The position numbers and the translations under genes are program-made. From positions 18,702-82,701 of IMG/VR virus record IMGVR_UViG_3300021599_001517: 64,000 nt of DNA. One strand, written 5' to 3'. Below the pieces are notes generated by a model. It saw only the letters and a list, made by a program, of their open reading frames with translations, made no database searches and had not been told where the DNA came from. The stretch comes from a virus (Duplodnaviria; Heunggongvirae; Uroviricota; Caudoviricetes). Below, piece after piece: positions 17,993-27,611 of the stretch (position 1 is its first letter; every line of letters begins with the position of its first letter).

Positions 17993-19068
17993 GAATCGAA
18001 GATGAAATCAAATTAGATTTCAAAGATGTTCTTATTCGTCCTAAGCGCAGTACTTTATCAAGTCGCAAAGAAGTTGACTTAACAAGGACTTACAAATTTA
18101 AACACAGTCGCGCCGAGTGGACAGGAGTTCCGATTATGGCCAGTAACATGGACGGTGTTGGTACACTAGAAATGGCTCATGCTCTATATCAACACAAAAT
18201 GTTCACTTGCCTAGTTAAGAATATCAGTACGGTATACTTTGAAACAACCGTACAAGATATAGGAGGCAATCATTTCGCAGTAAGCACAGGGACTTCCGAA
18301 AAGGACTTTGAAAGATTAAGTAACATACTTAATTCTTATTCCGAAATAAAATTTATCTGTATAGATGTAGCAAATGGATATAGCGAACACTTCGGGGACT
18401 ATGTAGAAGAAGTGCGTGAGGCATTTCCTAATCACACAATTATCGCAGGTAACGTTGTTACCGCAGACATGACACAGGAGTTAATTTTACGTGGAGCAGA
18501 TATTATCAAAGTGGGCATTGGTCCAGGCAGTGTTTGTACAACTAGGATACAAACTGGCGTCGGTTATCCTCAGCTCAGTGCTATTATTGAGTGTGCTGAC
18601 GCTGCTCATGGTCTCGGCGGCCATATTATTGCTGATGGTGGTTGTGTGTGTCCCGGTGACATTGCTAAGGCGTTTGGCGCCGGAGCAGACTTTGTAATGT
18701 TAGGAGGCATGTTAGCCGGTCATGATGAGGGCGGCGGTGAAGTTATTGAAGAAATGCACGAACTTTCAAAACTTCAAAAAGATATGTTTTCAAATGATTA
18801 TGAAATTAAAAAATATGTAGAATTCTATGGAATGAGTTCAAATACTGCTATGAACAAGCATCATGGTGGCATAGCTGAATATCGTTCATCAGAAGGACGT
18901 ACGGTAAGAGTACCGTATAAGGGCCCGGTCCAAAGTACAATTTTGGATATGTTGGGCGGACTGCGTAGTTCTTGCACATATGTAGGTGCTGCAAGTCTTA
19001 AACAATTATCTAAATGTACTACATTTATTAGGGTCAATATGCAATTTAATGATGTCTTTACGAGATAA
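17989..19068 (+). CDS. guaC: GMP reductase
   Basis: Collinear with E. coli GuaC ([24 protein letters not shown]...F..., ...[21 protein letters not shown]...), plus one short insertion. Confidence 0.9.
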   Translation: MRIEDEIKLDFKDVLIRPKRSTLSSRKEVDLTRTYKFKHSRAEWTGVPIMASNMDGVGTLEMAHALYQHKMFTCLVKNISTVYFETTVQDIGGNHFAVSTGTSEKDFERLSNILNSYSEIKFICIDVANGYSEHFGDYVEEVREAFPNHTIIAGNVVTADMTQELILRGADIIKVGIGPGSVCTTRIQTGVGYPQLSAIIECADAAHGLGGHIIADGGCVCPGDIAKAFGAGADFVMLGGMLAGHDEGGGEVIEEMHELSKLQKDMFSNDYEIKKYVEFYGMSSNTAMNKHHGGIAEYRSSEGRTVRVPYKGPVQSTILDMLGGLRSSCTYVGAASLKQLSKCTTFIRVNMQFNDVFTR

Positions 19069-19076
19069 ATAAAAAC

Positions 19077-19102
19077 GCAATTAGCACCCAATGGGCTAAT
19101 TG
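19077..19102 (+). promoter_or_regulatory. Hairpin GCAATTAGC-ACCCAATGG-GCTAATTG upstream of dnaK. Its loop motif is shared with the hsp20 and porin hairpins.
   Basis: 8-bp stem. The loop contains CCAATGGG. Confidence 0.35.
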
Positions 19103-19149
19103 TAACGAGCTCAGTGCTCATTAAATTCTTACTTTTTAAGGAGAAAAAT

Positions 19150-21063
19150 ATGTCAAAAATCATCGGTATCGATTTGGGTACCACAAACTCATGTGTAGCT
19201 GTTATTGAAAACGGCAAATCCAAAGTAATTGAAAACTCAGAAGGCGCAAGAACAACTCCGAGTATTGTTGCTTATACAGACAGCGATATTTTAGTAGGTG
19301 CTTCAGCAAAGCGTCAGGCGGTAACTAATCCCAAAAACACAATTTATGCATCTAAGCGGTTAATTGGACGTAAGTTCAATGAACAGGCTGTTCAGAAGGA
19401 CATTGACCTAATGCCTTATGAAATTGTCAAGGCAACAAATGGTGATGCTTGGATTCGCGCACAAGGAAAAGAAATGGCACCTCCACAGGTGTCTGCAGAA
19501 GTTCTTCGCAAGATGAAAAAGACTGCAGAGGACTATTTAGGGCATGAAGTTACACAGGCTGTTATTACAGTGCCTGCTTACTTCAATGATAGTCAAAGAC
19601 AGGCAACTAAAGATGCCGGTCAAATCGCTGGCTTAGAAGTTCTACGTATTATTAACGAACCTACTGCGGCTGCATTAAGCTACGGTGTTGACAAGACAGA
19701 CAAAGCTGATCGTAAGATTGCGGTGTATGACTTAGGTGGTGGCACATTTGATATCAGTATCATTGAGATTGCCAACGTCGAAGGCGACAAACAAATTGAA
19801 GTATTGTCAACAAACGGCGATACATTCTTAGGCGGTGAAGACTTTGACCAGCGCATTATGGATTATCTGGTTGAGGAATTTAAGAAAGAGCAAGGCATTG
19901 ATCTAACTAAAGATATGTTGGCACTACAACGTCTTAAGGACTCTGCTGAAAAAGCTAAGATTGAATTATCTAATTCTACACAAACTGAAGTTAATCTTCC
20001 ATACATTACTGCCGATGCTAGTGGTCCTAAACATCTAGTGGTAAAAATTACCAAGGCAAAATTGGAACAGTTAGTTGACGATTTAATTCAACGTTCATTA
20101 GAACCTTGTCGTATTGCTATGAAAGATGCCGGAGTTACCGCAGATCAGATCGACGAAGTTATTCTAGTTGGCGGCCAAACTCGCATGCCAAAGGTACAAG
20201 AAGAAGTAGAACGTTTATTTGGAAAAGCGCCACGTAAAGATGTTAACCCAGACGAAGCAGTAGCAGTTGGTGCTGCTATCCAAGGTGCTGTGTTGGGTGG
20301 TGATCGTAAAGATGTCCTATTGTTAGATGTTACTCCATTAACTTTGGGTATTGAAACAGTAGGCGGTGTAATGGCCAAACTGGTTGCTAAGAATACTACT
20401 ATTCCAACTAAGGCAAATCAAATTTTCAGTACAGCTGATGACAATCAACCTGCTGTTACTATTCGTGTGTTCCAAGGAGAACGCGAATTGGCACATCATA
20501 ACAAATTGTTAGGCGAATTTAATCTTGAAGGTATTGATCCAGCACCACGTGGTATGCCTCAAATTGAAGTTACATTTGATATTGATGCTAATGGTATTTT
20601 AAGCGTAAGTGCCAAAGACAAAAATACTGGTAAAGAAAATAAAATTACCATTAAAGCTAATAGCGGCATTACTGAAGATGAAATCAAACGTATGATCGCT
20701 GAAGCAGAACAATATGCAGAAGAAGATAAAAAAGCACGTGAAGTTATTGAAACACGTAATGGTGCATTATCTGAACTGTATACAATTCGCAGAGAATTAG
20801 AAGCAGAAAAAGATCTTGCTACAGAAGAAGAATGGAAAATAATTGAAGATGCACTAGAGGCTGCTGAAAAATTAGTCAATGATAATAGTGACATTGAAGA
20901 AATTAAGAAAGGTCCTTTCAATGTAGCCGATGCTGCAAAACCTTTGTTTGAAAAAATTAAAGCCAAACGCGAAGCTGCCAAAGCAGAACAATCTGCACCG
21001 CAGCCAACTGATGGTGAAGTGATCGATGCTTCCTTTACAGCAACTGAAGGCAAGGCATCTTAA
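19150..21063 (+). CDS. dnaK: Molecular chaperone DnaK (Hsp70), full length
   Basis: [22 protein letters not shown] and the complete NBD plus SBD. Start taken at the ATG after the AAGGAG RBS (the track starts at 19114). Confidence 0.95.
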   Translation: MSKIIGIDLGTTNSCVAVIENGKSKVIENSEGARTTPSIVAYTDSDILVGASAKRQAVTNPKNTIYASKRLIGRKFNEQAVQKDIDLMPYEIVKATNGDAWIRAQGKEMAPPQVSAEVLRKMKKTAEDYLGHEVTQAVITVPAYFNDSQRQATKDAGQIAGLEVLRIINEPTAAALSYGVDKTDKADRKIAVYDLGGGTFDISIIEIANVEGDKQIEVLSTNGDTFLGGEDFDQRIMDYLVEEFKKEQGIDLTKDMLALQRLKDSAEKAKIELSNSTQTEVNLPYITADASGPKHLVVKITKAKLEQLVDDLIQRSLEPCRIAMKDAGVTADQIDEVILVGGQTRMPKVQEEVERLFGKAPRKDVNPDEAVAVGAAIQGAVLGGDRKDVLLLDVTPLTLGIETVGGVMAKLVAKNTTIPTKANQIFSTADDNQPAVTIRVFQGERELAHHNKLLGEFNLEGIDPAPRGMPQIEVTFDIDANGILSVSAKDKNTGKENKITIKANSGITEDEIKRMIAEAEQYAEEDKKAREVIETRNGALSELYTIRRELEAEKDLATEEEWKIIEDALEAAEKLVNDNSDIEEIKKGPFNVADAAKPLFEKIKAKREAAKAEQSAPQPTDGEVIDASFTATEGKAS

Positions 21064-21084
21064 GAATACACATATGTGTGTATA

Positions 21085-21113
21085 ATGTTGCGGTACCTAA
21101 TGGGCCGCAACAT
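21085..21113 (+). promoter_or_regulatory. Hairpin ATGTTGCGG-TACCTAATGGG-CCGCAACAT in the hsp20 upstream/5'-UTR region, immediately after a TATAAT (21080-21085)
   Basis: 9-bp stem. The loop contains CTAATGGG. Confidence 0.35.
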
Positions 21114-21154
21114 TGAGCATAAAGCTCATATTCTTACTTTAAAAGGAGATTAAT

Positions 21155-21592
21155 ATGAATAATAATCAGTTAGCACAAATTACAGCTCTTAACAGAGCTC
21201 TTATTGGATTTGACACACTGTTTGATCAAATGGAAAGACGTTTTTCTAATAGTGTATCTAATAACTATCCACCTCACAACATTCTTAAAACTGGTGAAAA
21301 TCAGTATGAGATTCAATTAGCAGTTACTGGATTTGATAAAACAGAAATTTCTGTTACTGTAGAGGACGGAATTCTTATTGTTAAAGGTGAAAGCATGGCT
21401 ACAGATCATGCGCCAGAACAATACATTCATCGCGGTCTTGCTACTCGCGATTTTGTTAAAGAATTTCCTCTAGCAGAACATATTGAAGTTACTGGAGCGG
21501 AAACCAAAAATGGTATGTTAACCATTAAGTTGGTCCGTAATGTTCCAGAGTCTGCGAAACCGAAAGTCATTGACATTGTAGACATTAAGTAA
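21155..21592 (+). CDS. ibpA: Small heat-shock protein (Hsp20/alpha-crystallin, IbpA-like)
   Basis: ...YPPHNILKTGENQYEIQLAVTGF...ISVTVEDGILIVKGE... matches the IbpA/B pattern. Confidence 0.85.
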   Translation: MNNNQLAQITALNRALIGFDTLFDQMERRFSNSVSNNYPPHNILKTGENQYEIQLAVTGFDKTEISVTVEDGILIVKGESMATDHAPEQYIHRGLATRDFVKEFPLAEHIEVTGAETKNGMLTIKLVRNVPESAKPKVIDIVDIK

Positions 21593-21597
21593 TATAA

Positions 21598-21623
21598 TTA
21601 AGGGGAAGGAAACTTCCCCTTAA
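21598..21623 (+). terminator. Perfect 11-bp inverted repeat TTAAGGGGAAG-GAAA-CTTCCCCTTAA after hsp20
   Basis: Read directly from the sequence. No strong T-run. Confidence 0.45.
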
Positions 21624-21641
21624 TTAACCTACAGAGGAAAT

Positions 21642-21950
21642 ATGGCAGACGTAGAAACTAAAATCAAAGAAGTAACAAAGACAGTTGAAACTCAACCACC
21701 CAATCATTGGAAGGTAGTATTCTTAAACGATGATTATACTCCCATGGAATTTGTTGTTGCTCTTTTGGTTACTATTTTTAGGCACAGTGAACAATCTGCC
21801 GAGCAGATCACAATAGAAATACACAACACGGGCAGTGCTGTTGTTGGTTTATACACACACGAAATTGCAGAACAAAAGTCTATTGATGCAACAACCGTTT
21901 GCAGACAACACGGTCATCCTTTACAAATTACAATCGAAGAAGACAAATAA
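21642..21950 (+). CDS. clpS: ATP-dependent Clp protease adaptor ClpS
   Basis: ...HWKVVFLNDDYTPMEFVV..L...F... matches ClpS. Confidence 0.85.
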   Translation: MADVETKIKEVTKTVETQPPNHWKVVFLNDDYTPMEFVVALLVTIFRHSEQSAEQITIEIHNTGSAVVGLYTHEIAEQKSIDATTVCRQHGHPLQITIEEDK

Positions 21951-22208
21951 ATGACAGCCGACGAGTTTAAGTTCATACGATATATGAACGCTGAAACTAG
22001 TCGGTTTTCTTTTTGGATAATTTTTCACGACCTTAGAAGATATAATTTGGGTAAAAAAGGAAGAAAGAATTTTATAAGCTTCTTTACAGAAATTCTAGGG
22101 CCAGTAGGTGAGCGTTGGCAATATGAAAAAACAATTCATACATTTTGTATAAAATTAGATAAAGAAATAGATGCCACAATGATGATACTGAGATACGGGC
22201 CTAAGTAA
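21951..22208 (+). CDS. Small hypothetical protein, a diverged member of the 'LKW' paralog family (C-terminus ...DATMMILRYGPK)
   Basis: Its C-terminal ERW.Y...D.EIDATMMILRY resembles the 34490 ORF tail DRDATMFMLRWGG. Confidence 0.4.
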   Translation: MTADEFKFIRYMNAETSRFSFWIIFHDLRRYNLGKKGRKNFISFFTEILGPVGERWQYEKTIHTFCIKLDKEIDATMMILRYGPK

Positions 22209-22218
22209 ATAAAAAACT

Positions 22219-22785
22219 ATGAGTTTAAAAGAAATTACCAAAGATCTTCATCACGAAGCAGAAACAACCCAATTTGCTAAGATGTTACTTAGCGGAAAAA
22301 TTACTAAAGAAGATTATGCCAACTACCTTTATCAGTTAGTATTAATTTATAATGCTATAGAGTTAGGTAATCGAGTAGAAGGCAATTTTAAAAATCTTCC
22401 TGGTTTAGAAAGAACACACGCAATCTATCAAGACTTTATTGAGATCGCAGGTGTTGATCACAATTACAAATGGTTACCTGGAACTATAGACTATTACAAC
22501 TATCTCTTAAATTTAGTTCGTGATCCTGCGCATCGTCCTAAAATCAAAGCTCATCTATATTGTCGACATATGGGAGATCTGTATGGTGGTCAAATAATTA
22601 AAAAACAAGTAGCACATATTAGCAAAGGTCGTTTTTATGATTTTAAAGATGCAGATGCATTAAAAATGTCCATACGTGCAGAACTAACTGATGACCTAGG
22701 AGACGAAGCAAGAGTTGCGTTTGAATGGGCCATTAAAATGATGAGAGAATTGTATAATGAGTCAGGTCTGGAACAGTCTAATTGA
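22219..22785 (+). CDS. ho1: Heme oxygenase (HO-1 family)
   Basis: N-terminal L..HH.AE and HLYCRHMGDLYGGQ (compare HAYTRYLGDLSGGQ). Confidence 0.85.
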   Translation: MSLKEITKDLHHEAETTQFAKMLLSGKITKEDYANYLYQLVLIYNAIELGNRVEGNFKNLPGLERTHAIYQDFIEIAGVDHNYKWLPGTIDYYNYLLNLVRDPAHRPKIKAHLYCRHMGDLYGGQIIKKQVAHISKGRFYDFKDADALKMSIRAELTDDLGDEARVAFEWAIKMMRELYNESGLEQSN

Positions 22786-23437
22786 AATACAAAAACTGTT
22801 AGAAAAAAGATTTTCAGAGACAGGCATTGAAACTTTTGAGCCCGGAATGGAAAGATTTAATCAACCGGGTTGGGTAAATAGAGTTTGGTGCAGCGATCAT
22901 TATCGCAGAGCTCATGTCGACGTAGTTGACGCCCGATCCTCAAAGGGCCTTTGGATGATGCATTGCTGCATCTTTCCTCACATACACAATCCTGCTCCTA
23001 TTTTTGGATTTGATGTAATTGCAGGAAAAAATAAAATCACAGGTTGTTTTATAGACTACAGCCCAACAGCTGATAAACAGCATCCTATGATCGAATATTT
23101 TGCTGAAGAAGTCAGTAGATACGAATGGATCCGCAAACGTGAACTACCTGAATGGGCGCAACGTATATTCAGTTCACACATGGTGGCCGCTGGCAATGTG
23201 CAAGAAGAATCAGAATTATCTCAAATTAGCGGTCTAGCGAACATTCTAGTAAATCATTATTTAGAAACAGTAGGCGAAACAAATCACAAAGTTGCAGATA
23301 CAACGTTTGAGCAAAATTATTACGCACAGAATCAAAAACAAAATCCGCACACCCCTAGAGTTATGGTTAGTTTGGGGCTTAGTGAAGAAGATGTTAAGCA
23401 TTTTATTCAAGATTGTTTATTTCCAGAAATAAACTAA
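22757..23437 (+). CDS. Ferredoxin-dependent bilin reductase (PebS/PcyA/PcyX family)
   Basis: ...YRRAHVDVVD...WMMHCCIFP...PIFGFDVIAG...GCFIDYSP... is the Fe_bilin_red pattern. It is adjacent to heme oxygenase. Confidence 0.75.
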   Translation: MSQVWNSLIEIQKLLEKRFSETGIETFEPGMERFNQPGWVNRVWCSDHYRRAHVDVVDARSSKGLWMMHCCIFPHIHNPAPIFGFDVIAGKNKITGCFIDYSPTADKQHPMIEYFAEEVSRYEWIRKRELPEWAQRIFSSHMVAAGNVQEESELSQISGLANILVNHYLETVGETNHKVADTTFEQNYYAQNQKQNPHTPRVMVSLGLSEEDVKHFIQDCLFPEIN

Positions 23438-23444
23438 ATATTCA

Positions 23445-23663
23445 ATGCGTTTTACAGAAATAGAATCAAAACCACAGCTTATCAAACTTCACTACTTTCA
23501 AGTAGATGACACGCAGGCCGCTCGGGATATTGGTATGCGTCAAGATCGTAATGGCCAATGGTTTCTTCCACAATACAATAAAAGTGGTGGCGGATTTGAT
23601 CGTAAAGTGTCATCGGCTATGAGGTTATTTGGTACACCTCGTACAATTACATTAAAAAATTAA
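23445..23663 (+). CDS. Hypothetical protein
   Basis: ORF only. Confidence 0.3.
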   Translation: MRFTEIESKPQLIKLHYFQVDDTQAARDIGMRQDRNGQWFLPQYNKSGGGFDRKVSSAMRLFGTPRTITLKN

Positions 23664-23752
23664 ATTTAATTAAGACACCATAATCTAGTGTTTTAATATC
23701 TCTCCTCTTCTCCTTAAATAATAATAACCCAATATCCCGGGAGCGAGAAAAA

Positions 23753-24583
23753 ATGAAAAAAATAATAATAACGGGCGTATTGCTGGGATCTTTAACCACC
23801 CCTGCATTTTCGCAAACAACGTATGATAGTAAAAGTTTAGTAGATACCAATAATAACTCAACAAGTACTAGCACGGTTAACAGCACCAGTACCAACACTA
23901 ATAATAATATAAACACCAGTACAGTTAACAGTAATAGTGTCAATACCAATGTAAACCAAAATACCAGTACTAGTACGAGTGTTAATACCAACAACAATAT
24001 TAATACCGGTCATACAACCAGTGCTAACACTAATACAAATAATAATACTAATGTAAACACTAGTACCAGTACAGCAACCAGTACCAATCAAAACAATAAT
24101 GTAAATCAAAATATCAACAGTGGTGATATGACCAATCGTAATATTAATGACAGTAATATTACACAAAAAGTAATTCAACCTCCACCAACTGCCATTGCAC
24201 CTGCAATGATGAGCGGTGGCAATAATGATTTATGTACTACAGGAACCAGTGGTGCTGTTCAAACACAAATATTAGGTGTCAGTAGTGGTGGTACAGTAAG
24301 AGATATGAATTGCGAAAGATTAAAAAACGCCAAGACACTTTATGATATGGGAATGAAAGTTGCTGCGGTAGCTACAATGTGTCAGGATCGTAGAGTTTTT
24401 GATGCTATGTGGAATGCTGGCACACCTTGTCCTTATGAAGGTGTGATTGGTGAACAGGCTCGTGTAGCATGGAATGAAAATCCTAACAAGTGGCCAAAAA
24501 CTGAGGAACCAAAGAGTGATGATTTCTATAAGAAAACTGGCTTCGGCGCTTTGCTTGGCGCTCTGCTTTTCGCACTATTCTAA
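23753..24583 (+). CDS. Secreted protein with a long Asn/Thr/Ser low-complexity region and a Cys-containing C-terminal domain
   Basis: Signal peptide MKKIIITGVLLGSLTTPAFS-Q. ~130 aa of N/T/S repeats. Confidence 0.5.
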   Translation: MKKIIITGVLLGSLTTPAFSQTTYDSKSLVDTNNNSTSTSTVNSTSTNTNNNINTSTVNSNSVNTNVNQNTSTSTSVNTNNNINTGHTTSANTNTNNNTNVNTSTSTATSTNQNNNVNQNINSGDMTNRNINDSNITQKVIQPPPTAIAPAMMSGGNNDLCTTGTSGAVQTQILGVSSGGTVRDMNCERLKNAKTLYDMGMKVAAVATMCQDRRVFDAMWNAGTPCPYEGVIGEQARVAWNENPNKWPKTEEPKSDDFYKKTGFGALLGALLFALF

Positions 24584-26354
24584 CGCTCAAGAACCTGGCG
24601 TTGAGTATACCACCGGCAACATAGTTCTTCCTACTGTTGCTGGTTCCGGAACGACTCCTTGGGTTGGGGGAGTGTATCAAGACAATCTCACCTGCTGGAG
24701 TTGGGGCAATCCAGGATATTGTGGACCAAACGCAATTGTTCGTCCGGGTGGAAGTATAAACTTCTCATTTGGTACGACAGACTTATATCAGAGCCAGGCC
24801 ATAGCAAATGTGTTACCTAATTCCGGTACTGGATTACAAGTTAACGGATATACTTTTAGTTTTATGGCTAAGAATGGTAATGGGTGGGACGATGGTCGCG
24901 TAGATTATCTAAACGCTTATGTGCATTTTAAAAACTCTAATGGTAGCGTAGTAGAGTATGATTCATATGATCTAAACTACAAATTTAATTGGACTAACTT
25001 TAATTTTTCAAGAAATTTTACAACACCATACTCTGCTAGTACATTAGGAAATGTTACTTATGGATTTGTTGGTCGTGATAATAATGGGTGGGCAGGACCT
25101 TACGGTCCAGAAATTAATAATGTTAATTTTAGTCTAAGATATTCAGTTGATCAATGCGTGATAAATCCTCTTAGTAGTGTATCCTGTACTGGATATGCAG
25201 AAGCATTTAAAAATTATCAATGTTCAATAAATCCCTTATATGATAGTACATGTCCGGGTTACGCACAGGCTTATTATACACAACAATGTTCAATCAATGC
25301 TTTGTATGATCCCACTTGCCCTGGTTATGCGCAGGCTTATTATTCACAGCAGTGTTCAATAAATGCATTATACGATCCAGGATGTCCAGGTTACGCACAG
25401 GCTTTCTTTAATAATCAATGTTCGTTGAATGCACTTTATAATACACAATGCCCTGGTTATGCACAGGCAAAAGTTCTTAAAGATCTGCAGGATAAACAAA
25501 CCGAATCAACGGAAACTGCAACAACGACCAGTTCGCCAATCCCTACATCTTCAACCTCAACTGCACAAGCATCGTCACCAACAGTATCATTGGCCGATCC
25601 TACTAGAACTGAAACACTTGTGACTACAGATGTGGGCGGAGTTGAATTAACTACCAGCGGTCAAATTAGCATACCCACTGGTCAAACTGCTTCTACTAAA
25701 GAAGCAATAAAAGAATCGACAAGAGAAGAAAATAAAACAGAATCCGCCAATAGAGAAACCGCCAATAGAGAATCTGACAGAAAACGTGTAGATCCTAGAG
25801 CTCTTGCTGTAGCCATGGCAGCAGTGGCAGCTACAGAACGTACAGCATTGGCTACATCAGAACAAGCAATAGTAATGAGTCAAGCTAGTATAGGTCCTAA
25901 TGACGGAACTAGTATAGCATTAGGTTCTGGATTAACTTTACAAAATAATAGATCTCAATCATTTAATGATGACAAGTTTGAAGATAAAAAGGATGAAGGC
26001 AAAAATAATACTGCACAAAAATCTTCCGGACCAACTGATAATATTAATTTACTGATAACACCAATTCAAACAGTTCCAGATACTAATCAAAAGGCAGGAC
26101 CTAGTGTAAGAAGAGGTGGAGCAGTAGAAGGTATGGAGGGAGGACCAGATCCTACCACATTAGCAAAAGCACCGATGGATTTTAATCAATATCTTAATTC
26201 ACAATTAAAAGATGCACAGTTTTATCAAAGTAAAGAAATTTATCGAGGACAGCGAACTGTTGATAATCAAAGGTTGTTAAGAGGTTTGTCTGGAGGTAGT
26301 GATGCACTACACCAAAGAATGATAGAACAACAATATAATATTTCAGGACAATAA
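24519..26354 (+). CDS. Large secreted protein with six tandem 21-aa Cys-containing repeats (QCSIN[AP]LYD.xCPGYAQAYY) and a Thr/Ser-rich linker
   Basis: Signal peptide MISIRKLASALCLALCFSHYSNA-QE at the first ATG (the track starts at 24474). Overlaps the upstream gene by 65 nt in another frame. Confidence 0.5.
   Translation: MISIRKLASALCLALCFSHYSNAQEPGVEYTTGNIVLPTVAGSGTTPWVGGVYQDNLTCWSWGNPGYCGPNAIVRPGGSINFSFGTTDLYQSQAIANVLPNSGTGLQVNGYTFSFMAKNGNGWDDGRVDYLNAYVHFKNSNGSVVEYDSYDLNYKFNWTNFNFSRNFTTPYSASTLGNVTYGFVGRDNNGWAGPYGPEINNVNFSLRYSVDQCVINPLSSVSCTGYAEAFKNYQCSINPLYDSTCPGYAQAYYTQQCSINALYDPTCPGYAQAYYSQQCSINALYDPGCPGYAQAFFNNQCSLNALYNTQCPGYAQAKVLKDLQDKQTESTETATTTSSPIPTSSTSTAQASSPTVSLADPTRTETLVTTDVGGVELTTSGQISIPTGQTASTKEAIKESTREENKTESANRETANRESDRKRVDPRALAVAMAAVAATERTALATSEQAIVMSQASIGPNDGTSIALGSGLTLQNNRSQSFNDDKFEDKKDEGKNNTAQKSSGPTDNINLLITPIQTVPDTNQKAGPSVRRGGAVEGMEGGPDPTTLAKAPMDFNQYLNSQLKDAQFYQSKEIYRGQRTVDNQRLLRGLSGGSDALHQRMIEQQYNISGQ
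25150..25470 (+). repeat. About 5 tandem copies of a 63-nt coding repeat within 24519-26354
   Basis: The CAATGTTCAATAAATCCCTTATATGA...GGTTACGCACAGGCTTATTAT unit is repeated with minor variation. Confidence 0.6.
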
Positions 26355-26355
26355 A

Positions 26356-26493
26356 ATGTTTGAAGCATTTATGATTTTTTATCTATTAGAAGTGTTAGTG
26401 CTAGTGTCAGTGGCCGTTTGGTATTATAAAGAACCTAAAAAGGTAGAAAAAAAATTACATGACCCTTGGGGTTTTTTTAGAGGAACAAAATAA
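26356..26493 (+). CDS. Small hydrophobic peptide (45 aa, single TM)
   Basis: ATG immediately after the upstream stop. Below the track cutoff. Confidence 0.25.
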   Translation: MFEAFMIFYLLEVLVLVSVAVWYYKEPKKVEKKLHDPWGFFRGTK

Positions 26494-26494
26494 A

Positions 26495-27112
26495 ATGAGC
26501 GAAGAAAAAGTAGACGTAAACAAAAAAATTGACGAAGCAGATGCAGCAATGAAAAAATATGCCAGCAAAGACACTGTTATCAGTATCGGCGGCTATGAAT
26601 TTACTCCTGCTAAACTTATGGTAGCAGCTACGCTGATTTCATCAACACTGGGTGGGTTATATGGATGTTTTGAAGTGTACAAGGATTACATGGGCATGAA
26701 GAAAAAGATTGCCGAGTATGTCACACCCGACTTAACTGAAATCTATAAGAAGATGGAAGTGTTAGATGCCAACACCAGCAAGATGGTCGAATACACTGAC
26801 AACATCAAGATTGATTTAAAGAATGATGTCCGTAGACTAGAAAATGTAGTTGAAAATGTTGAACGTAGTTCTAAACAAACTGCAAGAGATACTGACCAAA
26901 CGGTCAAGGAGATAAAGAGAGATGTTGACGGTACTCTTAAAGAAGTTAGAAGATATAGCGATCAGACTGTTAAAGAAATTAATCAAGAAATAGCTCGTAA
27001 TAATCAAGAGATGGCTAGAAATCAAAAAGAAACGCAAGCTGAAATACGTGCGTTAAGAAAAGAAGTAGATGACAAAATTAAGAAAGCATTGGACAATCCA
27101 TTGTCTCAATAA
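26495..27112 (+). CDS. Membrane-anchored coiled-coil protein, paralog A
   Basis: GAGGAA RBS plus ATG. Shares DTVISIGGY.FTPAKLM.AA..ISS..GGLYG.FEVYK.Y..MK.KIA.YV.PDL with the next gene. Confidence 0.5.
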   Translation: MSEEKVDVNKKIDEADAAMKKYASKDTVISIGGYEFTPAKLMVAATLISSTLGGLYGCFEVYKDYMGMKKKIAEYVTPDLTEIYKKMEVLDANTSKMVEYTDNIKIDLKNDVRRLENVVENVERSSKQTARDTDQTVKEIKRDVDGTLKEVRRYSDQTVKEINQEIARNNQEMARNQKETQAEIRALRKEVDDKIKKALDNPLSQ

Positions 27113-27124
27113 GGAGAGGAGCAA

Positions 27125-27589
27125 GTGGCAGAAGATAAAGATCTAAACAAAGCAGTAGATAAATTACAGGAGATTACCAGCAAGGACACAGTAATAAGCA
27201 TAGGTGGGTATAGTTTTACTCCGGCCAAACTTATGATTGCCGCGGGTATTATATCATCTGTAATTGGAGGACTCTATGGAGCATTTGAAGTATATAAGGG
27301 CTATATAGATATGAAGGAAAAAATAGCCAAATATGTAGCACCAGATTTAAGCGAGTTTGACAAGCGTCTGTCAGTAATTGAAGAAAACAGTCAAAAAACC
27401 ACAGACTACACACGTGATATTAAAAATGATTTAAAGCAGGATTTGCGTAAACTTGAACAAGTCGTAGAGACAGTAGAACGTAGTTCTAAACAACAACAGA
27501 GAGAAGTTGATCAGGATATTAGGCAGTTGCGCAAAGAAGTAGACACTAAGATACAGAAAGCCATGGATAACCCGTTAGCCAATAAATAA
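27125..27589 (+). CDS. Membrane-anchored coiled-coil protein, paralog B (GTG start, RBS AAGGAGAGGAG)
   Basis: Tandem paralog of 26495-27112, with the same TM segment and a C-terminal ...VERSSKQ...LRKEVD.KI.KA.DNPL motif. Confidence 0.5.
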   Translation: MAEDKDLNKAVDKLQEITSKDTVISIGGYSFTPAKLMIAAGIISSVIGGLYGAFEVYKGYIDMKEKIAKYVAPDLSEFDKRLSVIEENSQKTTDYTRDIKNDLKQDLRKLEQVVETVERSSKQQQREVDQDIRQLRKEVDTKIQKAMDNPLANK

Positions 27590-27611
27590 CTATATATTCA
27601 GGAGCTAAATT

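Noticed and set aside
20145-21053. Minus-strand ORFs inside dnaK (20145-20378, 20559-21053)
   Set aside because: They lie wholly inside a highly conserved plus-strand gene and show no motifs or RBS.
23647-24178. Minus-strand ORFs (23647-23997, 23858-24178) opposite the Asn/Thr-rich gene
   Set aside because: They translate to Leu/Val low-complexity strings. These are antisense artefacts of the compositionally biased plus-strand gene.
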